From positions 128,001 to 139,648 of the IMG/VR virus record IMGVR_UViG_3300035501_000484: a stretch of DNA of 11,648 bases. One strand, given 5' to 3'. The position numbers and the translations under genes are program-made. Positions 1-7,833 of this stretch are shown piece after piece. Source of the DNA: a virus. The notes beneath the pieces were generated by a model, which had not been told where the DNA came from, did not search any database, and worked only from the letters and a program-made list of their open reading frames with translations. The number at the start of each line of letters is the position of its first letter. The first letter of the stretch is position 1.

Positions 1-2098
1 TATATCCGCACTCTAAACAAGTGTCATTAGGTACATTGATCGCGAAATAAGGTATATCCTTAGCCATTGCATAATTAACAATAGTCTCTAATGCATCTAT
101 ATTATTTTTAACTCCGCCATCAAGCTCTACATAGGTAATGCATCCCGCAGAACTATATCCAGTAAGTTGAGATTCAATATCAATCTTATCAAAAGGGGAC
201 ATAGATTTCCATACTGGAACATGAATTGAATTAGTAAAAAACTCTTTATCAGATACATTTGGAATTTCGCCATATTTAGCTTTAAATTTTTTCATAGCGG
301 TATAGCAAAGATTCTCAGCTGGAGTATAATATACCCCAAAATTAAGTTTATATTCTTCCTTAAATTCAGCACATCTATCTTTAAAAAGTTGTTCAATTCT
401 TTTTGCTAATTTCATACCTTTTTCTGTTGTCTGGTCTGCCCCAATAAGAATTTGAAGTGTTTCTGCTAATCCAAGCTGTCCTATTGCAAGAGTTCCATGC
501 TTTAATGCTGAACGAATACCTTCTTCTGGAATGTATCCTTCCATTACATTATTTTCATACATAAATTTTGCAGAGTCAACAGATTGAGAACAAATCCAAT
601 TAAATCTTTCAATTAGCATATCTTTTGCTTCATTAATTTTTTTATCAAGAATTTCAAAAAATGAATCTACTGTATCTTGCTCTCTTGCTTGATTAGGCTC
701 TGGACTCCATGCATTAGCATCTTCTTTTGCTTCCATAGCAAGAGTAGGCATAATAATCGTTACAGGACAAATATTTCCTCTTCCATCTTTTCTTTGACCA
801 AATCCATTAATATCCCAACCATTAGCTGTGCGGCAGCCCATTGTTGAAAAATATGTACTTGGGTCATTGCGGTCATAACCCGCATTCCCGCTCCAATCAA
901 CATTAGCATAATTTGGATATAATCTTTTAGCTGTTGATTCAAGAGCTAATCTATATAAATCATAGTTAGGGGTTCCAGGTCTATCATTAACACCTTTCAT
1001 GTACTGAAAGATACCACAAGGGAATATTGAAGTTTTATGCAATTTTCCAATTCCTTCTTTTGAAACTTCCAATAATGCTTTAGTTATCATACGACCTTCT
1101 GGTAAAGTACAAGTACCATAGTTAATTGAAGTAAAAGGTAATTGGTTGCCGCTCCTTGACTGAAGTGTATTGAGATTATGATACATTCCTTCAACAGCTT
1201 GATAAACTTCTTTTTCAGTTTTATCAATAGCATATTTATATACTAAAGGATGTTTCTCTTTTAATTCTGCATTATCAATACTTTGATTATCTAAATGCTC
1301 AAACCATTTTTTAAAACGATTAACTTTATATTCAGATTTTTGTTCAATATAAGTTAAACCATCTTGAAAATGTTTAATAAATGATTTTTGTACATAAGGA
1401 ACCATAGTCCAGTCTAAATGCGTCGCAGAGACACCTCCAAATTGTTGAAGGGACTGTAATTGAAAAATAACAGCCACTAATTGAAAAGCTGTACTTACAG
1501 ATTGCGCAGGGCGCACATCTGTTTGTCTGGTATTAAATCCATTTGCCAATAGCGGGTCAAAAGGAATAGAAAGACAGTTATGGTCACCAACAGGATAATG
1601 AGATAAATCATGCACATAAATTTTATTATTTAAGTGATTATTTTTTGCCATAACTGACATACAATAATCCAACGCATACTTTTTCATAACCTCATCACTA
1701 GCAGAACCTATCCTTCCACCAAAAGACTTTTCATCAAGATTAGCATTTTGATTTTCAACATTAGCCGCAGATATTTTGTTAGAAATACCTTTTATAATTT
1801 CACTATTTCTTTCTCTTGCGCGAGTTCTTTCATTACGATAAGTGATGTATGCTCTAGCAACGTCTTTACGTTTTGTACTCATAAGACCTTTTTCAACCAT
1901 ATCTTGAATTTCTTCTACATTAAGAATATGGTCTGCATTTTCTGCCTGCTCTTGAATATAATCAGCTATATTTCCAGCTTTTGCATATGCGTAGTCACTT
2001 AATTCTCCATCAACCTCTTTAAACGCTCCAAATATCGCATCAATTATTTTATTTTGGTCGAATAGCTGTGTTGTGCCATCACGTTTTTGAATTTTCAT
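1..2098 (-). CDS. nrdD: Anaerobic ribonucleoside-triphosphate reductase (class III RNR, glycyl-radical enzyme), N-terminal ATP-cone; 3' end truncated by window edge
   Basis: Hand translation of the minus strand from ATG at 2098..2096, preceded by AGGAGG at 2109..2104 with a 5-nt spacer. It gives an uninterrupted frame to position 1, about 699 codons. N-terminus MKIQKRDGTTQLFDQNKIIDAI is an ATP-cone. Internal motifs are STMGCR (thiyl-radical Cys loop) and GRGNICPVTIIMPTLA (compare E. coli NrdD GRFNQGVVTINLPRI). The last visible residues NDTCLECGY are the first CxxC of the C-terminal Zn ribbon; the glycyl-radical motif would lie beyond the edge. Absent from the ORF track because no stop falls in the window. 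No other ORF of 60 aa or more competes on this strand, apart from an embedded out-of-frame 60-aa one. Confidence 0.85.
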   Translation of the reverse strand, partial: MKIQKRDGTTQLFDQNKIIDAIFGAFKEVDGELSDYAYAKAGNIADYIQEQAENADHILNVEEIQDMVEKGLMSTKRKDVARAYITYRNERTRARERNSEIIKGISNKISAANVENQNANLDEKSFGGRIGSASDEVMKKYALDYCMSVMAKNNHLNNKIYVHDLSHYPVGDHNCLSIPFDPLLANGFNTRQTDVRPAQSVSTAFQLVAVIFQLQSLQQFGGVSATHLDWTMVPYVQKSFIKHFQDGLTYIEQKSEYKVNRFKKWFEHLDNQSIDNAELKEKHPLVYKYAIDKTEKEVYQAVEGMYHNLNTLQSRSGNQLPFTSINYGTCTLPEGRMITKALLEVSKEGIGKLHKTSIFPCGIFQYMKGVNDRPGTPNYDLYRLALESTAKRLYPNYANVDWSGNAGYDRNDPSTYFSTMGCRTANGWDINGFGQRKDGRGNICPVTIIMPTLAMEAKEDANAWSPEPNQAREQDTVDSFFEILDKKINEAKDMLIERFNWICSQSVDSAKFMYENNVMEGYIPEEGIRSALKHGTLAIGQLGLAETLQILIGADQTTEKGMKLAKRIEQLFKDRCAEFKEEYKLNFGVYYTPAENLCYTAMKKFKAKYGEIPNVSDKEFFTNSIHVPVWKSMSPFDKIDIESQLTGYSSAGCITYVELDGGVKNNIDALETIVNYAMAKDIPYFAINVPNDTCLECGY

Positions 2099-2119
2099 AA
2101 ATACCTCCTATGTATTTAA

Positions 2120-2150
2120 ATTATATTAAGGATTTTACTATAAATATGAA
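2120..2150 (-). promoter_or_regulatory. Candidate sigma-A-like promoter for nrdD (weak -35 TTCATA, -10 TAATAT/TATAAT)
   Basis: On the minus strand there is TATAAT at 2125..2120, or TAATAT at 2127..2122. TTCATA sits at 2150..2145 with 17- or 19-nt spacing. An A/T-rich tract lies upstream, and the nrdD RBS AGGAGG lies about 11 nt downstream. Chance matches are common in this AT-rich DNA. Confidence 0.2.
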
Positions 2151-2166
2151 ATTTTTTTAAAAGAGA

Positions 2167-2742
2167 TTAATTTGCTATGACCAATTCTTTTAAAATGCCT
2201 TTCATTTGAGATACCATTTTTTTTTCATTTGTATTCTTATTATTGTTACTATATACTATATAGTCAAAATCTGCGTCAGAAAAATCTTTTTTATCTGCAA
2301 GAAATCTTCTGCATATTTCAGAACAATCTGGATTCTTTTCTCTCTTAAGGGAGCGAAGTAATCTATTTTTATCAGAGCAATATACATAAATAGGAATAAC
2401 ATTTAATCGAGAATCTTGAAGTAAACATTCAATAGCTTGTGGATTAAAGACTCCAATATTAATTTTATCTTTTTGAAGTGCGGAAATCGCTGTTCCATAG
2501 AACCATTCATTGAAACTTGTAGCTTCTAACATTGAGCCATCTAGTACCATATTAGCGAACTCCGCATTACTAACAAAATGATAATCAACATTATCTACTT
2601 CTTTTTCTCTTGATGGTCTAGTAGTATAAGACACAATTCCATTTATATTATCCATATTATTAACTATTGCTTTTTTAATAGTATCTTTCCCTGCGCCACT
2701 CTCTCCGAATAACGCAAGGATTGTGTATTTTTTATTCTCCAT
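2167..2742 (-). CDS. Nucleoside/deoxynucleoside monophosphate kinase of the guanylate-kinase family (P-loop)
   Basis: 191 aa. Walker A GESGAGKDT is at residues 13-21. SYTTRPSREKEVDNVDYHFV fits the guanylate kinase signature T-[ST]-R-x2-[KR]-x2-[DE]-x2-G-x2-Y-x-[FY], except that N replaces the signature Gly. Its start ATG overlaps the stop of the upstream 63-aa ORF by 11 nt. Confidence 0.75.
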   Translation of the reverse strand: MENKKYTILALFGESGAGKDTIKKAIVNNMDNINGIVSYTTRPSREKEVDNVDYHFVSNAEFANMVLDGSMLEATSFNEWFYGTAISALQKDKINIGVFNPQAIECLLQDSRLNVIPIYVYCSDKNRLLRSLKREKNPDCSEICRRFLADKKDFSDADFDYIVYSNNNKNTNEKKMVSQMKGILKELVIAN

Positions 2743-2923
2743 TATCTACCTCTTGATATAAAATACAAATTGAATGGTCTCCATATCTAGCTTGTTCATA
2801 TTTAAATTTTAATATTTCAATATTAGGATGTTCTTCAATCCATTTGTTAAATTGTTCATCAGCGTTGTCATAAAAACAATTTGAACTAGTTCCAAAGAAA
2901 ATTTTAGTTTTATATTTAATCAT
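2732..2923 (-). CDS. Small hypothetical protein (63 aa); tentative resemblance to the Cse60/DUF2758 small-protein family
   Basis: ORF packed between polA-like gene stop (2926) and the kinase start, overlapping the kinase by 11 nt, which suggests translational coupling. The pattern of a K-rich beta N-terminus, then FNKWIEEH, then NIEILKFKYEQA, then HSICILYQE recalls Cse60-like proteins. This is from memory only, not an alignment. Confidence 0.5.
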   Translation of the reverse strand: MIKYKTKIFFGTSSNCFYDNADEQFNKWIEEHPNIEILKFKYEQARYGDHSICILYQEVDNGE

Positions 2924-2925
2924 TA

Positions 2926-5900
2926 TTATTCTCCATTATTTACTTCAAATCTTTCATGTCTAAGTTCCATATTTCCATCTTTATCTATATTTTCTATTAT
3001 ATATAATTGATGCGTTGGAGTTGCCTTATAGGTTTTTCCAACAAACGTATCTTCACGCCTAAATCCTGTTACCATTATTTTTGTACCTCGATTGAACCAA
3101 CCTTTTTCTTTAACCTTCTTGCTTCCATCTTCTTGAATTTCAGAAATTTGGCGGTTATACATAGCATAATATTCTTTAGTAAATTTAACATTTACAACAC
3201 CAGTAGTGGTTAAAACAGAGACTGAAGAACGTGTATCATTTTTACCAATAACAGTTCCAATTATTTTATAAGTTTTATAAATAGGAATTTCTTTACCATT
3301 TCTTTTAAAGAAATAATCTACTTCAGGAGTTTCTGACATTTGAAAGAAATCTGATATTCCATATTTTTGGATATTAACATCTTTAAGCTCATGTTCGTGA
3401 TAATAAAAACATAAACTTTCCATTTCCCATGCGGAAATACTGCCTTGTGCATATTTATCCCAAGTTTCTTGGAATAAAAGATAGTTAAATTCTTTTAAAA
3501 CCTCACTTTGATGCTCTCCAAGCCAAGCTCGCGCATTATCCATTTCTTTTTGATAAATTTTATCCCATTCAGTTTGTAAGATACAAGTATACCCATTTAT
3601 TACTTCTAATGTTTCCATATTAAAGAATTGAGAATAAAACCTTTCGCACGTTTCATCAAAAACATAATATTTATTAACTTTTTTATTAGCCTTTAAATAC
3701 TTATTAAAAATGAATATTCGTTTTGTAAAATCTAAATCTGCTGGTACTAAATCTTTTTGAATTAATCCATTAAAATTTTGTAAAGTTAATCTTTTCTTTG
3801 GCTCACTTACTTTTGAAATATAATAAACCATAATTAACATTCTTGGTTCAATATTTAATTCTTTCGCCCATTCAAGTTCTAGATTATCAAAACTACCTGC
3901 TTTGATTAATGAAATCATAGCAGTTTTATTAAGCGGACAGCGGTTTAAAAAGTCGGTAAAATTCTCATAAGGGCGTCCCGCAATTATTTTATTTATTATA
4001 TCAGTATTAACCCCGCCTAAAGCCTTCATACCAAAAAGAATTTGATTATTTTCAATATCAGGTTCAAAACTAAAATTAGATTTATTAATATCTACTAAAG
4101 ATACTTTAATTCCTTTTGAAATAATATCTCCTAAAGCCTTAGCTACTTTAGCATAATCAGTTCCTTTTTCTTTCTTTTGAGTTGTTTCAGTTTCTTCATC
4201 ATTTTCATATTCAGAATCTTCATCTTCAAGAGAGCCGCTATTTACTATTAAACATGCGGTATTCCAATATATAGGATTCCATTTTGTTGCTATATACATA
4301 GTTTGAAAACCTATAAAAGAGTAGGCTAATGCATGAATGACCGAGAACGAATACCCCATTTGAGGGCCGATTCCATTCTCCCAAACATAATGTCCAAGAT
4401 TTTTAGACTTAGCTTGAGTAAGAACTTTTTCTTTTAATTCTGGAATCTTAGACATCTGTTTTTTACCAACTATCTTTCGTGCGGCGTTCGCTTCTGCAAG
4501 AGTAAAAGCACAAATATCTTTATCCATTAACATCATCATTAATTGTTCTTGGCTAGGTGGAACTCCATGAGATTTTAAGAAATATGGTTTTAAAGTTTCC
4601 TGCTCTTCTTTTGTCAATCCAGCGTTATCCATTTCTTTATACCAAAGATTAATATTATTCTTAAATCTAATATATTTTTCCATTGGAGTTTCTTGACCTT
4701 TTTCTGAAGTCATTAATCTCATTAATCCATTGGCATCCGCCATTTCTAAGATACTACTAGGCTTAATTTTCTTTGCGGCTTGACTTCCTACTTCTGAATC
4801 AAACTGAAAAATATTTAAAACACTATTTTCATGTAAAACTTTCCATATTTTATTATCTTCAATAGGTAAAACAGAAGGATGAAAATATTTATCATATACT
4901 TCTCTTAATGATAATGAGCTATCTATTTCATTATATTTTTGTAAAAGTTTAATAGCTTCTACAAGTTTATCTTGTACTTCTGTAACCAAGAAATCATACT
5001 TTGTCATACCTGCAGCCTCGCACATATGAAGGTCATATTGAGTAATAATTTCTCCTTTCGGAGTTCTCATAAAGCAACCAAACTCATATGGGTCCTCGTC
5101 AAATAAGATAACTCCAGATGCATGACTGCTACGTTTATTTACTAACCCTTCTATTGCAATCATAATATCTAATAGACCTGGGTATTGATTCACTTCATTA
5201 ATAAAAGTTTTAATTGGCTTTCTATCTTTATCGGGGTCGCCATAAAGAACTTCAGATAATGTCCATAAAAATCCTCTCTCAGAAGGAATTAATGAAGCCA
5301 TATACTGAGCTGTATCAGAATCTATTCCATCTGGATAATCTTCACTTCTATATCCGCGGCAAGCAGTTAATATAGTAGATTTTGTTCCTTCCGTTCCAAA
5401 CGTTGCAATAAGAGTACAACCTAAATTTTTCCTTGATAAATCATCAATACCATCTTTGAAGTTCTGTCCACGCTCTTCTTTTATTCTTTTAAGAATGAGT
5501 GGACGTTTACTTGGACATAAATCTAAATCGATATCGCCTAGCTCTGTACGCTCTTTATTTAAATATCTCCAGAATGGTAAATTCCACTCTAGTGGGTCCA
5601 ATTGTGTAATACCAAGAAGATAATGATTCAGTCCTGAGCAACTTGAGCCACGTCCCGCGCCAACTATACTGCCGCACTCCCAAAATAAATTTACATAATG
5701 TTGTAAAGTTACAGGATAAGAGAACATATTAGTTTCAAGTTTTTCTCCTATTGTTCTTTTTATATCAGCTTCTTCTTCAAGTCTTTGAACATATTCTTCA
5801 TTATCTGCCCAATTTCCAATTTTCTCATTTAAATTATTCCAACATTCATTTATCCAATATCTTTCTACTTTATCATCAGAAGTAAACATACTTTTAAGAA

Positions 5901-6921
5901 TTGGATACTTGGTCATTTCATCTGCATATGGATTATTAACTCCCCACCATGAAGATTTAGGATAATTTTTAACTTCTACTTTTGGAATTTGTTGCGGATG
6001 CCTTAAATCATAATTCTCAATTTTTTGATATATTTCCATACTATTATCAAACATTTGTTCAATAATAATAGATTTTTCATTTTCAAAACTTTTTGAAAGG
6101 TTACTTATAATTTCTTCATTGGTTTGAAGATATGAATATTCATAGAAATCATCTACTTCACGCTCCCCACCTTTTGAATTAAGATATGCTTTATGAACAA
6201 ATCTATCTTCCTTTTTAAGATAATGAGCATCAGTGCCAATTACCATTGGAATTTCAAAAGCTTGAGATATACTAAATAATCTTTTATTAACTGCCATTTG
6301 GTCTTTTGAACAGCCGGGCGCGCACTCTATATAAAAGTCGTCACCAAATAATTCCTGACACCAAAGAACAAAATCTACAATACGATTATGTGCATTTCTA
6401 GCTTCTTCAACATCATTAACTTTTTCTGTATTAATTAAATTTAATGTTTGAGTAGATAGTTCGCCTCCTAAACATGCGGTTGTTGCAATTAAAGAGTTAG
6501 GATATTTATGTACGATTTCCGCCAAATCTGAATATAATGTAACAACTCTTTCCATACCTCTATCATAATAAGAGTTCATCCATGCTCTTGAAGATAATTC
6601 TCTTAGAGCTTTATGACCTTGCATATTTTTTGCTATTAATATAAAATGATAATATTTTTGTCCATTTTCTCTATTTTGACATAAATATATTTCATTTCCT
6701 AATGCAATTTTAAAATTAGGATGTTCTTTTTGAATTTCATTTTGATATATATTTAATTCCATATGACTAGATAAGCAATCATGGTTAGTTATAGAAATAC
6801 CTGCTAAACCTAAATCAATCGCCCTATTAACTAAATCTTTTGGACGATTGATACAATCAAGAAGACGAATGTTGCTATACATGTCGTGACTATGAATCTC
6901 GAATCTATCTATTTTATTCAT
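2926..6921 (-). CDS. dnaE: DNA polymerase III alpha subunit, C-family (DnaE-type) replicative polymerase with N-terminal PHP domain
   Basis: 1331 aa. PHP motifs are FEIHSHDMYS (HxH), LLD, ITNHD, GGEL and IGTDAHY. Palm catalytic motif ITQLDPLEWNLPFWRYLNKERTELGDIDLDL matches DnaE ...DPL..LLFERFLNPER..PDIDIDF. Third-Asp region KRSSHASGVILFDED matches RxAGxHAAGVVI. HhH/fingers element VSLVDINKSNFSF...ILFGMKALGGVN matches LPPDINxS..F...IRFGLxAIKGVG. C-terminal OB-like region follows. RBS GGAGAG lies 5-6 nt upstream of ATG 6921. Confidence 0.9.
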   Translation of the reverse strand: MNKIDRFEIHSHDMYSNIRLLDCINRPKDLVNRAIDLGLAGISITNHDCLSSHMELNIYQNEIQKEHPNFKIALGNEIYLCQNRENGQKYYHFILIAKNMQGHKALRELSSRAWMNSYYDRGMERVVTLYSDLAEIVHKYPNSLIATTACLGGELSTQTLNLINTEKVNDVEEARNAHNRIVDFVLWCQELFGDDFYIECAPGCSKDQMAVNKRLFSISQAFEIPMVIGTDAHYLKKEDRFVHKAYLNSKGGEREVDDFYEYSYLQTNEEIISNLSKSFENEKSIIIEQMFDNSMEIYQKIENYDLRHPQQIPKVEVKNYPKSSWWGVNNPYADEMTKYPILKSMFTSDDKVERYWINECWNNLNEKIGNWADNEEYVQRLEEEADIKRTIGEKLETNMFSYPVTLQHYVNLFWECGSIVGAGRGSSCSGLNHYLLGITQLDPLEWNLPFWRYLNKERTELGDIDLDLCPSKRPLILKRIKEERGQNFKDGIDDLSRKNLGCTLIATFGTEGTKSTILTACRGYRSEDYPDGIDSDTAQYMASLIPSERGFLWTLSEVLYGDPDKDRKPIKTFINEVNQYPGLLDIMIAIEGLVNKRSSHASGVILFDEDPYEFGCFMRTPKGEIITQYDLHMCEAAGMTKYDFLVTEVQDKLVEAIKLLQKYNEIDSSLSLREVYDKYFHPSVLPIEDNKIWKVLHENSVLNIFQFDSEVGSQAAKKIKPSSILEMADANGLMRLMTSEKGQETPMEKYIRFKNNINLWYKEMDNAGLTKEEQETLKPYFLKSHGVPPSQEQLMMMLMDKDICAFTLAEANAARKIVGKKQMSKIPELKEKVLTQAKSKNLGHYVWENGIGPQMGYSFSVIHALAYSFIGFQTMYIATKWNPIYWNTACLIVNSGSLEDEDSEYENDEETETTQKKEKGTDYAKVAKALGDIISKGIKVSLVDINKSNFSFEPDIENNQILFGMKALGGVNTDIINKIIAGRPYENFTDFLNRCPLNKTAMISLIKAGSFDNLELEWAKELNIEPRMLIMVYYISKVSEPKKRLTLQNFNGLIQKDLVPADLDFTKRIFIFNKYLKANKKVNKYYVFDETCERFYSQFFNMETLEVINGYTCILQTEWDKIYQKEMDNARAWLGEHQSEVLKEFNYLLFQETWDKYAQGSISAWEMESLCFYYHEHELKDVNIQKYGISDFFQMSETPEVDYFFKRNGKEIPIYKTYKIIGTVIGKNDTRSSVSVLTTTGVVNVKFTKEYYAMYNRQISEIQEDGSKKVKEKGWFNRGTKIMVTGFRREDTFVGKTYKATPTHQLYIIENIDKDGNMELRHERFEVNNGE

Positions 6922-6951
6922 CTTATCTCTCCATCTTTATTTTATATAATA

Positions 6952-6980
6952 ATTATATCATAATTTTTATTAAAAATCAA
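6952..6980 (-). promoter_or_regulatory. Sigma-A-type promoter P2 (TTGATT-N17-TGaTATAAT) driving polymerase gene
   Basis: Minus strand has TTGATT at 6980..6975, a 17-nt spacer, and extended -10 TGATATAAT at 6960..6952. The expected TSS is near 6945 and the GGAGAG RBS at 6932..6927. Nearly identical to P1 at 9346..9374. Confidence 0.5.
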
Positions 6981-7001
6981 AAAGAGTGCTTAGTACTCTT
7001 T
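6972..7001 (-). terminator. Candidate rho-independent terminator (9-bp stem, 3-nt loop, with a U-tract) overlapping the stop codon of the 71-aa ORF
   Basis: Inverted repeat aaagagtgc/tta/gtactcttt at 6981..7001 with one G-U pair. On the minus-strand transcript it is followed by UUGAUUUUUAAU. The hairpin contains the TAA stop of ORF 6990..7205. Confidence 0.4.
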
Positions 7002-7205
7002 ACTATAAGACATTCCTCTCAAACTAGCATAATGGAGAAGATTTTTTACTATATTATTTAAAGATTCATCATCTAGTTCTAATAAACTCATTCCATCTGG
7101 TAGAGCAATAACAGTTTCATCTGGACAACGTTTGACTATATCATTGTACAATTCAGCTACTGCATTTAAATCATTTTTTTCTAAATTATATTGTAAAACT
7201 AACAT
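6990..7205 (-). CDS. Small acidic hypothetical protein (71 aa)
   Basis: RBS GGAGA 8 nt upstream of ATG 7205. It has 12 Asp/Glu against 6 Lys/Arg. No recognisable motif. Confidence 0.55.
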   Translation of the reverse strand: MLVLQYNLEKNDLNAVAELYNDIVKRCPDETVIALPDGMSLLELDDESLNNIVKNLLHYASLRGMSYSKEY

Positions 7206-7436
7206 TATTATTTTCTCCTATAAGTTTAAAATATCTATCAATTACCTCATTTATACCAGAACTAGGTAAACACAATTCGCCTTTATTTCTATCTTTAACA
7301 TTTGTAATTACATATAACATATTATCATTAAATAAATCTAATTCTATATCTAATCTATATCCAGTTTCTTCATTACTAAGTAAAGTATAAACTGGTTTAT
7401 TAAAAAGTATAGTTTTTTTACATCATTCTTTGTCAT
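7186..7436 (-). pseudogene. Small gene apparently split by a frameshift at an A7 homopolymer; -1 slippage or an extra A would restore it to about 85 aa
   Basis: ATG at 7436 follows AGAGGT by about 10 nt and opens a 28-aa frame ending TAG. A -1 shift at the A7 run (minus-strand 7419..7413, GTA AAA AAA CTA) joins it to a stop-free frame. That frame encodes ...TILFNKPVYTLLSNEETGYRLDIELDLFNDNMLYVITNVKDRNKGELCLPSSGINEVIDRYFKLIGENNNVSFTI and ends TAA at 7188..7186. No intact ORF of 60 aa or more lies in 7206..7478, although coding is dense elsewhere. Confidence 0.4.
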
Positions 7437-7478
7437 AATATTTATTTACCTCTTCATAATATAAATCAATTGCCTCTC

Positions 7479-7667
7479 CTATATCAATAGAAGAACTATA
7501 TATATTAATTCTCCTACTATATCTGTAATATCATATTCACTAATTGTATTATTCAATAAATCTAATATAGCAACTAATCTGACTCCTGCTTTATCATTAT
7601 TTAATAATACTTTATTTATATTAGTTTGATAAAAATAACATTTTATTTCTTTAGATGTCCAATTCAT
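7479..7667 (-). CDS. Small hypothetical protein (62 aa)
   Basis: ATG at 7667 lies 2 nt after the stop of the upstream small ORF. Hydrophobic C-terminus ELIYIVLLLI. No motif recognised. Confidence 0.5.
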   Translation of the reverse strand: MNWTSKEIKCYFYQTNINKVLLNNDKAGVRLVAILDLLNNTISEYDITDIVGELIYIVLLLI

Positions 7668-7669
7668 TA

Positions 7670-7822
7670 TTATTTCCCATGTTTACCTAAATTTACAACA
7701 TCATATTTAATTAAACAATAAATTCCTTTAAAAATAAATTGAAATAAATTTAAACTATAATCACATATCTCCCATGAATTATCATTTATATTTCTTGCTG
7801 TAATAGAATATTTTCCGCCCAT
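7670..7822 (-). CDS. Small hypothetical protein (50 aa; the ORF track gives a 74-aa version from an upstream ATG inside the helicase)
   Basis: Internal ATG at 7822 is preceded by AAGGAGATAAAT. That RBS lies immediately after the helicase stop TAA at 7836..7834. The 74-aa version would overlap 61 nt of the helicase C-terminus in another frame. Confidence 0.45.
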   Translation of the reverse strand: MGGKYSITARNINDNSWEICDYSLNLFQFIFKGIYCLIKYDVVNLGKHGK

Positions 7823-7833
7823 ATTTATCTCCT

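Noticed and set aside
760-942. 60-aa ORF on the minus strand from the ORF track
   Set aside because: Lies entirely inside nrdD in a different frame. nrdD's frame carries recognisable RNR motifs across this region.
1748-2002. 84-aa plus-strand ORF
   Set aside because: Antisense to nrdD, with a low-complexity F/I/S-rich sequence typical of the reverse strand of AT-rich coding DNA.
2099-2166. Searched upstream of nrdD for an NrdR box (16-bp palindrome) and for a third copy of the P1/P2 promoter
   Set aside because: No palindromic NrdR-like site and no TTGATT-N17-TGATATAAT match. Only a weak -10-like element is present, listed as a low-confidence feature.
3007-3213. 68-aa plus-strand ORF
   Set aside because: Antisense within the Pol III alpha gene, with no RBS. 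It is a composition artefact.
5641-5680. Local GC-rich patches in otherwise AT-rich DNA; the same occurs at 6301..6320 and 7861..7890. Considered as possible foreign inserts or structured RNA.
   Set aside because: Each coincides with Gly/Ala/Arg-rich conserved catalytic motifs, namely polymerase GAGRGSS and helicase motif VI YTAATRA. The GC enrichment is codon-driven.
1-6921. Looked for group I intron or intein interruptions in nrdD and the polymerase, as occur in T4 nrdD and the SPbeta RNR
   Set aside because: Both reading frames are continuous with conserved motifs in the normal order. There are no intein block A/B or HN-C junction motifs and no large non-homologous insert, beyond a roughly 25-aa acidic segment in the polymerase.
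7341-7366. Short imperfect direct repeat (ATATAGATTAG / ATATAGAATTAG), considered as a possible iteron or origin element
   Set aside because: Only two copies. It lies in-frame within the frameshifted ORF, where it encodes LDIELDL, and is explained by amino-acid repetition. There is no flanking AT-rich unwinding element or DnaA-box-like array.
7463-7478. Additional TTGATT hexamer upstream of the split small ORF
   Set aside because: No acceptable -10 at 16-18 nt, and it would leave almost no leader. Probably a chance match.
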